DNA from: Henriciella sp.
Lineage (GTDB): Bacteria; Pseudomonadota; Alphaproteobacteria; Caulobacterales; Hyphomonadaceae
Assembly: GCA_021776655.1 (NCBI GenBank)
Contig: JAJFFK010000037.1
Coordinates: 64,815-128,814, forward strand
Reading direction: 5' to 3'
DNA length: 64,000 nucleotides
A program made the position numbers and the translations under genes. The notes under the pieces are model-generated. The model was not told the DNA's origin, did no database searches, and saw only the letters and a program-made list of their open reading frames with translations. Positions 9,894 through 19,374 of this stretch are shown here, one piece after another; the first letter of the stretch is position 1, and each line of letters begins with the position of its first letter.

Positions 9894-9921
9894 TTTTGGT
9901 AAGACCAATAGGTCTGACCAA
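9894..9921. promoter_or_regulatory. Two tandem candidate GntR/FadR-type operators (TTTGGTAAGACCAAT and ATAGGTCTGACCAAT)
   Basis: Each has one mismatch to ATTGGT-N3-ACCAAT. They overlap by 2 nt and lie 45 nt upstream of the TonB-receptor start at 9966. Confidence 0.5.
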
Positions 9922-9965
9922 TTAGATGCTGCGCAAATATCAGCATCGATAAACGGGAGGAAGTC

Positions 9966-12101
9966 ATGGCTATAGTCAACAAGGGTATCGGAGCGCGGGC
10001 ATTTTGCGCAGCGCTGCTTATGGGGAGCGCGGCCCCAGTCGCGTTGTCACAGGCTGCGAGGGATGTGCCTGATACGACAGACGTGCGTAAGCTCGACACC
10101 GTGCTGGTGACTGCGAACAAGCGTGAGGAGAGCTTGCAGGATTTCGCAGGTTCCCTGACGGCGATTTCGGCTAATGCTCTGGAAGACGCAGGTGTAATTA
10201 ATCTCCAAGACATCAGAAACCTGGTGCCAAACCTGTATTTGGAAGAGGCTCTGGGTAATGCCACAACACCTAAAATATTCGTTCGGGGTATAGGTATTGA
10301 TAATCCGGATATTTCATTCGATTCACCGGTTGGGATATATGTTGACGGCGTCTATATGGCGCGCGCATTTGGCGGATTGGGTGACATGTTCGACATTGAG
10401 CGCGTGGAGTTTCTGCGTGGCCCACAAGGGACTATATATGGTCGTAATAACTCTGCCGGGGCACTTCGTATCGTGACCAAGCAACCTGATCTTGAGGATC
10501 CCGACTATGGCGGCAGCCTGTCATTTGGTACGGAGGGGCAGATCAATTCTCAGGGCTATTTCAGTGCTCCCATCATTGAAGGAAAACTAGCGGGTCGCAT
10601 CGCATTTTCAACCCGAACAAATGATGGGTTTCAGACAGAAACCACGACTGGCAAAAAGTTTATGAGGGATGATATCACGAGTGGGCGTGGTGCGCTTTTA
10701 TATTCACCCAACGATAAATGGGATGTAACTTTACGGGGTGATTTTCTTCTTGATAAGGGCTTGGGGACTGCGGCGTCTTCAATTGTTCCAGCATTTGATC
10801 CTGATGGTGATCCTTTCACGTTCACCTCAAACAGAGCTGCTCAGGCCTCCGCTCGCTTGAAGACATGGGGGACAGCTCTTGAAGTGTCACGGCAGGGGAG
10901 TTTTGCCGATTTTACCTCAATCTCTTCTTATCGAAGCATCAACCAGGATCTGGCCGGTGGTGACGTCGATGGAACCCCGATTTCGCTACTGGAAGGCAAG
11001 ATACAAAACCTCAATCAATATCAATTGTCGCAAGAAGCATATCTGATTGGTGACGCCCTCTTTGGGAATGAGGATTTGAACTGGACGGTAGGTGCCTTCT
11101 ATTTCACTGAAACCAACAAGGTTGCCAGGAGCTTTTCGGTATTTCCGGCGGTATTCGGCCCTGATACGACGCAAAATGTGCGACAGGAGACTGAGGCCCT
11201 TGCCGTTTATGGAGAGGTCGAGTTTGAGGCTTCGGACAAGCTTACACTCATCGCTGGTGCACGTTATACCGATGAAGAGAAAACCATCGATGTTGCCAGT
11301 ATCGATCCAGATCCCACCCGTAACTTCACGGCTGCGGATGCGTTGTCAGAGGCGCGAGGAACATGGCGTCTTTCAGCGGAATATGACATTGCCGATAATA
11401 CGATGATTTATGCTTCTGCTTCCACGGGCTTCCGGTCTGGTGGCATCGGGATAAACCCGGGAGCGCGCTCAACTGCGAATATTATCGGGGACACTTTCGG
11501 ACCAGAAACAGCAATGAATTATGAGGCAGGTCTTCGTGCGACATTATTTGATGGGCGCGCGCAACTGGCTGCTACATATTTTTATGTTGAGTATGAGAGT
11601 CTTCAGTTAGCTGCGGCAGGTGCAGGCGGTATCACGGTTGTGACGCCCGATGCGGTTGTTCATGGCTTCGAAGGGGAGCTGACAGCCCTGCTTACTGATA
11701 ATATCACGCTGTCGGGAACCTTGGGAACGATGGATGATGAGGTCAAGGGTGCGCTTACTGAACTGAAGAATACACCCAAATGGCAGGGCAGGCTGGGCCT
11801 GAACTATAATGTGCCAGTCTCGGTTCTGAACGGTACAGTTACAGTTGGAGGGGATGTGAGTTACCGGGACGACCATTTTATCAACACCGCTAACACTATT
11901 GAAATCGATGGCTATGCACTTGTAAATGGGTCAGTTCGATGGGAAGCAGATAATGGTCATTGGGGACTGAGTTTGTCGGGAAAGAATCTCACTGATGAAT
12001 TGTATCCCACCCTTGGTTTCAGAATTGTCCCCAACTTGCTGGATACACAATTTCCAAACCATCCGCGTCGCTGGTTGCTGACGCTGACAGTTCGGAACTA
12101 G
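9966..12101 (+). CDS. TonB-dependent receptor
   Basis: Signal peptide, TonB-box-like LDTVLVTA, plug motifs (IFVRGIG, VERVEFLRGPQGTIYGRNNSAGALRIVTK) and a long beta-barrel. RBS GGGAGGAAG precedes ATG 9966. Confidence 0.9.
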   Translation: MAIVNKGIGARAFCAALLMGSAAPVALSQAARDVPDTTDVRKLDTVLVTANKREESLQDFAGSLTAISANALEDAGVINLQDIRNLVPNLYLEEALGNATTPKIFVRGIGIDNPDISFDSPVGIYVDGVYMARAFGGLGDMFDIERVEFLRGPQGTIYGRNNSAGALRIVTKQPDLEDPDYGGSLSFGTEGQINSQGYFSAPIIEGKLAGRIAFSTRTNDGFQTETTTGKKFMRDDITSGRGALLYSPNDKWDVTLRGDFLLDKGLGTAASSIVPAFDPDGDPFTFTSNRAAQASARLKTWGTALEVSRQGSFADFTSISSYRSINQDLAGGDVDGTPISLLEGKIQNLNQYQLSQEAYLIGDALFGNEDLNWTVGAFYFTETNKVARSFSVFPAVFGPDTTQNVRQETEALAVYGEVEFEASDKLTLIAGARYTDEEKTIDVASIDPDPTRNFTAADALSEARGTWRLSAEYDIADNTMIYASASTGFRSGGIGINPGARSTANIIGDTFGPETAMNYEAGLRATLFDGRAQLAATYFYVEYESLQLAAAGAGGITVVTPDAVVHGFEGELTALLTDNITLSGTLGTMDDEVKGALTELKNTPKWQGRLGLNYNVPVSVLNGTVTVGGDVSYRDDHFINTANTIEIDGYALVNGSVRWEADNGHWGLSLSGKNLTDELYPTLGFRIVPNLLDTQFPNHPRRWLLTLTVRN

Positions 12102-12139
12102 CGGCATTTCCAAACACAAAGGGGGAAATCGCTGCGGAT

Positions 12140-12177
12140 CGCCAGCAACACCAGATGTTGTTGGCGGTCTTTTTTTA
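12140..12177. terminator. Probable bidirectional hairpin terminator between convergent genes
   Basis: CGCCAGCAACA..TGTTGTTGGCG stem (one mismatch) followed by GTCTTTTTTT. Confidence 0.5.
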
Positions 12178-12196
12178 CGCTAAGGCGCGTCGAATT

Positions 12197-13561
12197 CTAA
12201 GCTTTGCTCGCGTCTGATGTGCCGATACTCGCTTTGATTTCCTTGAACTGGCTTTCGGTCAATTTGTATCCGAGCAATGTGATCAGGGCGCAGATCCACA
12301 GGCCAGCTGGGATGATAACGTAGATTTGGCGTAGCCCCTGAAGCACTTCATCTGTTTGCTGTACATTCGGTCCTTTCGCAAACCCGATAGCCGACAGCAG
12401 CAGGCTGGCGATGAATGCCCCGGCGGTCATGCCGAACTTGCGGCAGAAAGCCCATGCCCCGAAGATCGCACCTTCGCGGCGCTCACCGGTCCGCAACTGA
12501 TCAACCTCAACCGTGTCGGGAACCATGGCGTTTGGGAACAGTTGATTGGCGGCATCACCAAGGCCGATAAGGATTAGTAACGACATGATCAGGGCGATCT
12601 CACCAGACGGCACAAACAGCATTGGCAAATAGTAAAGCGGCGCAATTGAGAGGGCGATGATATAGGCTGGGCGCTTGCCAATCTTGCGACCAACCATCAC
12701 CCATAGGGGTGTTGCCAGCATCGCCATAGCGGCGGGCGTCGCCATGGCCCATTTCAACATGCCGCCGACTTGCAGCGCATCCCGGAGCATGAAAGGCGTC
12801 ATGGTTGCAGCGATCCCGATTGCAAGATTTTGAAACAGGAATACCAGCCAGAGTATTCGAAAGGGCTTGTTGCTTAGAACCGCTTTTAGCTCTGCGGTCA
12901 GTTTGAATGGCGCAGGCGTCGTTTCAATGCGCGGTGCATGCCTGGTGAAACGAAAGCCAATAAGACCAGATACGAGGATCAGAGCTCCAAATACAAGTCC
13001 GATCAGCTGGAAGTCCTCGGCGAGTGTTTTGCGTAAGCCGAACATGGCCGGGACGCCGAACAGGATCATCAATGTCCCGACGCGGGCCCCAATCATCTTG
13101 TAGCCGGTCAGCGATGTACGTTCATTATAATCGGAACTCATCTCGGCGGCCATTGAGGAATAAGGCACGTCATAGATTGTGATGGCTGTACTGGCGATCA
13201 TGTAGGTGATCAGCAGATAGGCCGCCTTGACAGTTTGAGAGGCTTCTGCCGGGACGAAGAACATCGCTGTGACACTGGCCGATAGCAAAAATGTGCCGAC
13301 CAGAAGGTAAGGTCGTCGCCTGCCCATGCGGCTATTGGTACGATCAGATATGGCCCCCATCAAGGGATCAGTGAAGGCATCCCAAAGGCGTGGGATGAGT
13401 AGAATTAGTCCGGCGAGCCATGGCTCGATCCCCAATGCCGTGGTGGCGTAGAAGGTCAAAAATCCAATCGTCAGGACGACATAGACCGCGACTGGAAGCT
13501 CGCCGACCGCCCACGCTGATTTCATCCCGGTCGTGAGTTTTGGTACGAGTGGATTTGACAC
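12197..13561 (-). CDS. MFS transporter, glycoside-pentoside-hexuronide (GPH):cation symporter family
   Basis: About 12 predicted TM helices. GPH signature DAFTDPLMGAISDRTNSRMGRRRPYLL after TM2. GTG start preceded by AAGAGGG. Confidence 0.85.
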   Translation of the reverse strand: MSNPLVPKLTTGMKSAWAVGELPVAVYVVLTIGFLTFYATTALGIEPWLAGLILLIPRLWDAFTDPLMGAISDRTNSRMGRRRPYLLVGTFLLSASVTAMFFVPAEASQTVKAAYLLITYMIASTAITIYDVPYSSMAAEMSSDYNERTSLTGYKMIGARVGTLMILFGVPAMFGLRKTLAEDFQLIGLVFGALILVSGLIGFRFTRHAPRIETTPAPFKLTAELKAVLSNKPFRILWLVFLFQNLAIGIAATMTPFMLRDALQVGGMLKWAMATPAAMAMLATPLWVMVGRKIGKRPAYIIALSIAPLYYLPMLFVPSGEIALIMSLLILIGLGDAANQLFPNAMVPDTVEVDQLRTGERREGAIFGAWAFCRKFGMTAGAFIASLLLSAIGFAKGPNVQQTDEVLQGLRQIYVIIPAGLWICALITLLGYKLTESQFKEIKASIGTSDASKA

Positions 13562-13623
13562 AGTCAGCCCTCTTTCTTTGCAGCCCCCTAGCGACAGAGG
13601 AAATAGTGACCCGAGTGATAATT

Positions 13624-13638
13624 ATTGGTCGGACCAAT
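13624..13638. promoter_or_regulatory. Candidate GntR/FadR-type operator (ATTGGTCGGACCAAT, perfect)
   Basis: Perfect ATTGGT-N3-ACCAAT centred in the divergent region between the GPH symporter (start 13561) and the esterase (start 13695). Confidence 0.55.
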
Positions 13639-13694
13639 CTTGCATTGCGTCTATAATCATGCCCAATGTCAAGCTCAAAGACAGGTGCCCATAA

Positions 13695-14633
13695 ATGCGC
13701 GATACGCCCTACATTCAAGCTGACATCAAGGCCTTTCTGAAAGAGAAGGAGGGCCAACCGCCGCCACCTAACATTGGTGAGGTGCCAGCCGAGGACGTTC
13801 GAGCGCTGATGGGACAGATGTTTGGCCTGCTCAATGCCGGTGGTCCGGTAATTGAGGACACAAAGGACATCCAACTCGCGGGCGCATTTGGCCCGCGTAC
13901 AGCGCGATTTTACAAGCCTGTCGCATCAGACATGCCGCAAGCCTGCATGGTCTATTTCCACGGCGGCGGTTGGATCATTGGTGATGTCGAAACCGAAGAT
14001 CGCAAACTGCGCCATATTGCAGAGCTAAGCGGTATGAGCATTCTGTCTGTGGATTATGTGCTGGCGCCTGAGCACCCGTTTCCGGGGCCGGGGGATGACT
14101 GCATTGCTTGCATAAACGATGCGATTTCACGCGCTGACGAATTGGGCATTGACCCCGACCGGATCGTTTTGGGCGGTGCATCAGCGGGGGCTAATCTGGC
14201 TCTGGTGTCAGCGCTCACAATGCGGGATTCAGGCGCTGATCTGGCAGGTTTGCTGCTATTCTATGGCGCGTTTGATCTGACCTATTCTGGCGAGAGTATG
14301 GAGCTGTTGAAGAGCGGGTTTTTCCTCGACAAAGAGGCGATGTATCGCTTTCGTGGGCACTATTGCCCGGATGAGGAGAATTGGCTGAAACCTCAAGCAT
14401 CACCGCTGTTTGGGGACTTTTCCGGGCTGCCAAAAACGTTCATTTCAGCACCGTCTGCCGATCCATTGTTCAATGACAGCACACGGTTGGAAATGCGGAT
14501 GCAAGCCGCCAGTGTGAATGTCGAGCTGAAGGTTTACGAAGGCGCGATACATGGCTTCACCATGTTCCAGGAGCGCTTCAAATCCGCGCGTGAAGGCGTC
14601 GAGGACGCAGCCACTTTTCTTCGCTCACTATAG
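13695..14633 (+). CDS. Alpha/beta hydrolase, hormone-sensitive-lipase-like esterase/deacetylase
   Basis: Oxyanion motif YFHGGGW, nucleophile elbow GASAGANLA, and C-terminal His context (GAIHGF). Confidence 0.8.
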   Translation: MRDTPYIQADIKAFLKEKEGQPPPPNIGEVPAEDVRALMGQMFGLLNAGGPVIEDTKDIQLAGAFGPRTARFYKPVASDMPQACMVYFHGGGWIIGDVETEDRKLRHIAELSGMSILSVDYVLAPEHPFPGPGDDCIACINDAISRADELGIDPDRIVLGGASAGANLALVSALTMRDSGADLAGLLLFYGAFDLTYSGESMELLKSGFFLDKEAMYRFRGHYCPDEENWLKPQASPLFGDFSGLPKTFISAPSADPLFNDSTRLEMRMQAASVNVELKVYEGAIHGFTMFQERFKSAREGVEDAATFLRSL

Positions 14634-14723
14634 TCACCATCAGCGCGCAGGGCGATTATGAGGCAGCGCGTAAGGCAATAACTGCGCACCATCCGGTGGG
14701 ATGATTGGGTCAGCCAGGCTAGG

Positions 14724-15611
14724 TCAAATCCGGTACAACCTAGCAGCGGTACCAGCAAATAACGCGGCGCGTTCTCCGCCAGAGACGTTCGCAACGACCG
14801 CATCAAAAGCGGCGAATATTTCGCTATAGGTGCAATGCAATTTGTCGACCGGAAAGTTGGACGCGAACATACAGCGCACAGTCCCGAAAGCCTCAATCAG
14901 GTCGAGGACATATGGCCTGATAGTGGCTTCACTGAACGGACGCAGGAACATCGCGAAGCCGGAAATCTTTATCGCAGTGTTGGCGCGCTTTGCGAGAGCT
15001 TTGACACCCTGCTGCCAGATCAGGCGCAGATCATCGGAGCCGTTCCACGGTTCGAGCGCGTGGTTGATGATGAACAATGTCTCTGGGTTGGCGTCGATGA
15101 TCGGCAAGGCGTCGGCGACTTGATGTGGGTAGATTTGTAAGTCGAAGCTGAGATTGTGCTGCTTTAGCAAAGCGATACGTCGGCCCCATTCTGCGTCCTT
15201 GAGGTATTCGCGGTCGGCATGGCAATAAGCTGGGTCGGGATGGTGCGAGAGGATTTGTCTTATGCCGCGCAGATTGGCGTACTCGGCATGTTGGGCGAGT
15301 ATATCGGCGACGTCCGACCTGTTGAAATCAGCATAGGCGACGAGGGCATGAGGGAAGCCATGCGCATCGGCTTGTGCTTGCAACCAGCGTGTTTCGGCGA
15401 CCGGGTCAGCGGCGTCATGTTCAGCTTGCACGTGTACTGATTTGATCACGTCGAGCGCGCCGAAATCCTTGCGATAATCACTGACATCGTATGTTTTTTG
15501 AAGCGCGGATATATTGCCGACGAAGCCGCCATCTGTATCGCCAGACTGAAGCCAGGGGTAGGAACAGGCGGATAAGTTCCAGAGATGGTGATGGGCATCG
15601 ATGATTTTCAT
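14724..15611 (-). CDS. Amidohydrolase-2 family protein (candidate sugar-1,5-lactonase)
   Basis: N-terminal metal-binding MKIIDAHHHLW and later HVQAE, INHA, ASNFPVD motifs of the amidohydrolase_2 family. The lactonase role is inferred from the pathway context. Confidence 0.7.
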   Translation of the reverse strand: MKIIDAHHHLWNLSACSYPWLQSGDTDGGFVGNISALQKTYDVSDYRKDFGALDVIKSVHVQAEHDAADPVAETRWLQAQADAHGFPHALVAYADFNRSDVADILAQHAEYANLRGIRQILSHHPDPAYCHADREYLKDAEWGRRIALLKQHNLSFDLQIYPHQVADALPIIDANPETLFIINHALEPWNGSDDLRLIWQQGVKALAKRANTAIKISGFAMFLRPFSEATIRPYVLDLIEAFGTVRCMFASNFPVDKLHCTYSEIFAAFDAVVANVSGGERAALFAGTAARLYRI

Positions 15612-15635
15612 TGATCGGGTCCTTGATTGTGCGTA

Positions 15636-15650
15636 GATGGTCAGACCAAT
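15636..15650. promoter_or_regulatory. Weaker candidate GntR/FadR-type operator (GATGGTCAGACCAAT)
   Basis: Two mismatches to ATTGGT-N3-ACCAAT. It lies in the 69-nt divergent region between the lactonase and the aldo/keto reductase. Confidence 0.35.
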
Positions 15651-15680
15651 AATGACAAGCCTGGTTGGCGCGGAGACGTG

Positions 15681-16721
15681 ATGTCTGAAAAGTCATTTCT
15701 GGAAGAGATGCGGCCGCTTGGCCAATCGCACTGTGTGGTGCCGGCTTTTGGCTTTGGCGCGGCGCATTTGGGCGAGCTTTATGCCAAGCTGAGTGACGCA
15801 GATGCGCGTGCAACAATTGAAGCGGCGTGGGACGGCAGGGTTCGCTATTTCGACACTGCGCCATGGTATGGGCACGGCTTGAGTGAGCAGCGTCTCGGAG
15901 AGGTCTTGCGATCCAAGCCGCGCGATGAGTTCAAACTCAGTACGAAGGTGGGGCGGGTTTACGCCAAGCCTGCAAATATGGAGCAGTATTCAACCGCGCC
16001 ATGGGCGGGCGGACTGCCGCTTGAGCCACGGTTTGACTATAGTTATGATGGGGTCATGCGGTCTTATGAAGACAGCCTGCAAAGGCTCGGCGTGACCCAT
16101 GTAGATATATTGGTGATCCATGATCTGGACCGGGGCTATCATCAAAGTGAGGACGTGTTTGATCGCCATTGGCGTGATTTGAACGCTGGCGGGTTGAAGG
16201 CCTTGCATGAGTTGAAAGACGCGGGCGATATTCAAGCGATCGGGGCAGGGGTGAATACAGCCGATATGATCACGCCGATGGCGCGCGATCTGGGTTTGGA
16301 TTTTCTGCTCGTAGCGATGCCTTACACATTGCTGGATCAGGCTGCCTTAAATGACGGCTTTCAGGTCTGCGCGGCAAATGAGGTCAGCGTTGTGATCGGG
16401 GCACCATTTGCATCGGGTCTGCTCGCGACGGGCATTGTTGACGATGCCAAGTATAATTACGGCGCGGCGGATGGCGATGTGTTGGGCAAGGTCAGAGCGA
16501 TCAGCGATATATGCGAGCGGTTTGATGTCGCGTTGCCAGCGGCGGCGTTACAATTCGTGCTGGCGCATCGGCTGGTTGCCAGTGTGATACCTGGCGCGGT
16601 GAGTGCGGGTCAGATTGAGAGCAATCTGCAGCATTTGGCGGCGACAATCCCGGCTGAGTTTTGGCAGGCGCTGCGGGATGAAGGGTTGATTGATGCGGAT
16701 GCGCCGACGCCTGACTGTTAG
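15681..16721 (+). CDS. Aldo/keto reductase (candidate L-rhamnose/L-fucose-type aldose 1-dehydrogenase)
   Basis: AKR pattern: FGFGAAHLG, YFDTAPWYGHGLSEQRLG, LSTKVG, VDILVIHD. ATG 15681 is preceded by GGAGA. The listed start 15627 overlaps the divergent promoter. Confidence 0.8.
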   Translation: MSEKSFLEEMRPLGQSHCVVPAFGFGAAHLGELYAKLSDADARATIEAAWDGRVRYFDTAPWYGHGLSEQRLGEVLRSKPRDEFKLSTKVGRVYAKPANMEQYSTAPWAGGLPLEPRFDYSYDGVMRSYEDSLQRLGVTHVDILVIHDLDRGYHQSEDVFDRHWRDLNAGGLKALHELKDAGDIQAIGAGVNTADMITPMARDLGLDFLLVAMPYTLLDQAALNDGFQVCAANEVSVVIGAPFASGLLATGIVDDAKYNYGAADGDVLGKVRAISDICERFDVALPAAALQFVLAHRLVASVIPGAVSAGQIESNLQHLAATIPAEFWQALRDEGLIDADAPTPDC

Positions 16722-19267
16722 TCTTTTTGCTGCAGCACCGCGTTGGTCGCCGCCTCAAACGCACCGCCGCCTTGAGTGAAACCCCAACCTGGCGGCGCGA
16801 GCAAATCGCCGTTCAGGCCGGTCGGAGCAGTGACGCTAACATGCATCTCTGCGTCTTTGATCTGCCAGGCGACCTCAATCTCGCCATGCGGGGTCGGGTA
16901 GGCACCATTAGCCCAGTTCAGTCCGCCGGTTTGCGGGGTGACGCTGAAGCGCTTGAAGCCCGGCGCGGTCGGTCGCACACCGAGAATTCCAGCGGAAAGG
17001 TGGTAGACCGGCGACGCCGAAAAGGCGTGGCAAAGACTGGCGGTTGGGTCATAGCTTTCCCACAGAGTCTGCGCGCCAGCCGCGAGCATCGGGCCGAGAT
17101 TAGTACGCATGAAGTCAAGCGCATCGGACGCCATGCCGTCTTTCATCAGCGCGTCATACAGGAAGTGCGCGAAATAGGTGTTGGCGCGAACGAGATGTTT
17201 GGCTTCGTCAAAATCGTTATCACCCCTTACTAAAGGCGGCATTGGTGAGACGCGCGTGTTTTCGTGTTTCGTGATCGTTGAGAGCAGAGCCGCGCTTTGA
17301 TCTTGTGGAACCACACCAGCAAGGATCATCAAGGCATTCGTTTGTTGCGAAAAGCGTTTGGACAGCGTGCCGGTGGCCGGATCGGCGGCGTCGGCATAGA
17401 GGCCACGCTGACTGTCCCAAAGCCTGGTTTGCAGGGCGGCGGTGACTTGCTCGATTTTTCTCTCATAGAGATCGCTAGCATGGCCGAAGCGTAGTTCCGC
17501 CGCGATATTGCGCGCAGCCTTTAGCGCAATCAAATAGAGCCCGTTCATAGCGGCTGAAACTCCGGTCTTGTCGAGCGCTGCCCATTCGATGAAGCGCCAT
17601 AAAGGCGGGTTGACGATCAAGCCGTCAGCATCGAGATGCGGTTCGTACCATTGCAGAACCTTCTGCACAGCCGGATAGATTGAGGCGATGAAATCAAGGT
17701 CGCCTGTGTGCATCAGGTAATGCTCGCAAGCGGTGATCCAGTGTAGCGGGAAGTCGGCAATTGCGACGCCGTCGCCATGATGATCGCCGGGCGCAAACAT
17801 CTGGATCAGACCATCCGGGCGCTGGGCATCCGCTCCGGCGCGCAGGAATTGACGGTCAACGGCTTCTGTGCCCGGACCGAAAGCTGCCGCGTCGATCAGG
17901 TAGTGAACCAAACCGTCACCGATCCATTGACGTTTCTCGCGGCCCGGCCCGTCGCACCAGGCGTCGCTGGTGCATTGCTGCGCGGTGTAGCGCCCAACCT
18001 GCCAGAGATGGTCGAGGAAGGGATCGGAACAGGCGAACTCTCCGCGTGTCCCGACCGGGTAGGCGGACAGGACAGACCCGACGCGGCGAATTTTCAAGCA
18101 GTTCGGGGCGTCTCGCACCATTAGTTGCAGATAACGTAGTCCGGTCCAATCAAACTTCTCAAAACGCTGAACGCCGGGACGGGCTCGGTAGCGAAATATT
18201 TGCGCGCAATCAAGATGGGTCGGGCGTTCGATCCTTAGCAGATCGACAGGCGTGTCAGTGAAGTCGCCTTCGATTTTTTCAGAGGCGGCTAGTTCGATAA
18301 CCTCACCGCCCTCAGCGTCGATCTCAATGAATGGGTAGCCGGTATGGATCGGGCCGAAATCGATCAGTATGCAGATATCGCGATTATCCGTGCGGATGGT
18401 GGTTATGCCATCTGCGCCAAGTAGAGCTTCGGCATTTTCTATCATGCCTGCAGGCGCAGGTGCGAAGGCTTCTTCGTAAAGGCGTTGGCTGACATCCTTG
18501 CCTGGGTCGGGCGTGACGGTGTATTGGCCGCGTATCGTTACGGCGTAGATTTCACTCTCTACGAGCTGCGGCAAATCGTTCGGTGCGATGGTCGGAAAGG
18601 CTTCGTGCGGCCCCCAACCCATGGCACATTCATACTCAATACCCTGCCAGACCATTTCGCGGGCCTCAGCCCAATTGGAATCGTCAAAGCCAGACTGCGT
18701 CCAGCCATCGGGTAGGCGGTTGCCATCGACATCTTCGATCAAGCCCTGACCCCAACCTGCGGTCGGTGTGTCTTGTCGCCAGGCATCAGATTTGTGACAG
18801 CGCCATTGAGGATCACTGAGCAGGGTTTGCGTCTGGCCGTCTGTCTTAATGTCGGCTTCGACCCATAAGCCGCCATCGCCGAAGATTGAACGTGGATAGC
18901 GCGGGCCGATTTCGTACCAGGCTGTGTCAGCGCCATAGACATGCACGAGCACGGCAAAGACGTTCTTGCCGGGTTTCAGTTTTGTAGCGGTGTCATAAGT
19001 GTCAAAGCGCCGGAGATGACTGGGCGAACGTACGGGCCCGCGCCCAATCCGCTCACCATTGATGAAGAGCTGATAACGGCTATCGGCGGTGATCCGCATT
19101 GTCGCGGCGGTTGGCGCAGCGCCAAGATCGATCTCGCGGCGAAAGAATACCCAGCGATTGAGGCCATCGCGGCGATCCTTTGGTCCGTCCCTGACAAGCA
19201 CGCGGAAGACTTCTTCCTCGTCTATTTTCTGATCTGGAGTCCAGATGAAACGGGCACGTCGATACAT
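16718..19267 (-). CDS. GH78-like alpha-L-rhamnosidase (six-hairpin glycosidase), no signal peptide
   Basis: 849 aa. N-terminal rhamnosidase-type beta-sandwich (YQLFINGERIGRGP...GKNVFAVLVHVYG) and a six-hairpin core with WCDGPGREKRQWIGDG, resembling the DCP.RE+.GW.GD block of GH78. Confidence 0.65.
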   Translation of the reverse strand: MYRRARFIWTPDQKIDEEEVFRVLVRDGPKDRRDGLNRWVFFRREIDLGAAPTAATMRITADSRYQLFINGERIGRGPVRSPSHLRRFDTYDTATKLKPGKNVFAVLVHVYGADTAWYEIGPRYPRSIFGDGGLWVEADIKTDGQTQTLLSDPQWRCHKSDAWRQDTPTAGWGQGLIEDVDGNRLPDGWTQSGFDDSNWAEAREMVWQGIEYECAMGWGPHEAFPTIAPNDLPQLVESEIYAVTIRGQYTVTPDPGKDVSQRLYEEAFAPAPAGMIENAEALLGADGITTIRTDNRDICILIDFGPIHTGYPFIEIDAEGGEVIELAASEKIEGDFTDTPVDLLRIERPTHLDCAQIFRYRARPGVQRFEKFDWTGLRYLQLMVRDAPNCLKIRRVGSVLSAYPVGTRGEFACSDPFLDHLWQVGRYTAQQCTSDAWCDGPGREKRQWIGDGLVHYLIDAAAFGPGTEAVDRQFLRAGADAQRPDGLIQMFAPGDHHGDGVAIADFPLHWITACEHYLMHTGDLDFIASIYPAVQKVLQWYEPHLDADGLIVNPPLWRFIEWAALDKTGVSAAMNGLYLIALKAARNIAAELRFGHASDLYERKIEQVTAALQTRLWDSQRGLYADAADPATGTLSKRFSQQTNALMILAGVVPQDQSAALLSTITKHENTRVSPMPPLVRGDNDFDEAKHLVRANTYFAHFLYDALMKDGMASDALDFMRTNLGPMLAAGAQTLWESYDPTASLCHAFSASPVYHLSAGILGVRPTAPGFKRFSVTPQTGGLNWANGAYPTPHGEIEVAWQIKDAEMHVSVTAPTGLNGDLLAPPGWGFTQGGGAFEAATNAVLQQKD

Positions 19268-19300
19268 CGGTTCGTCCTTGCTAATTCAGGTAATTCAGAT

Positions 19301-19315
19301 ATTGGTAAGACCAAA
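19301..19315. promoter_or_regulatory. Candidate GntR/FadR-type operator (ATTGGTAAGACCAAA)
   Basis: One mismatch to the palindrome, 34 nt upstream of the GH78-like gene start (19267, minus strand). Confidence 0.5.
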
Positions 19316-19374
19316 ATGGAGGCCTGTCGATAGGCTCAATCCAACGTGACTTGAGGTGAATGGCAACGCCTCAA

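Noticed and set aside
12069-12101. Non-aromatic C-terminal residues of two TonB-dependent receptors (..LTLTVRN at 12101 and ..FIGLKLR at 50941), whereas the other two end in Phe
   Set aside because: This could hint at altered BAM recognition or a truncated end. However, the terminal strands still show the alternating hydrophobic pattern, and I cannot evaluate the frequency of such endings without a database. It is not strong enough to report.
19282-19299. Tandem direct repeat TAATTCAG-G-TAATTCAG next to the operator-like site upstream of the GH78-like gene
   Set aside because: It is only 8 bp x2, occurs once, and is AT-rich promoter-like DNA. It may simply be -10/-35 sequence, and there is no support for a distinct element.
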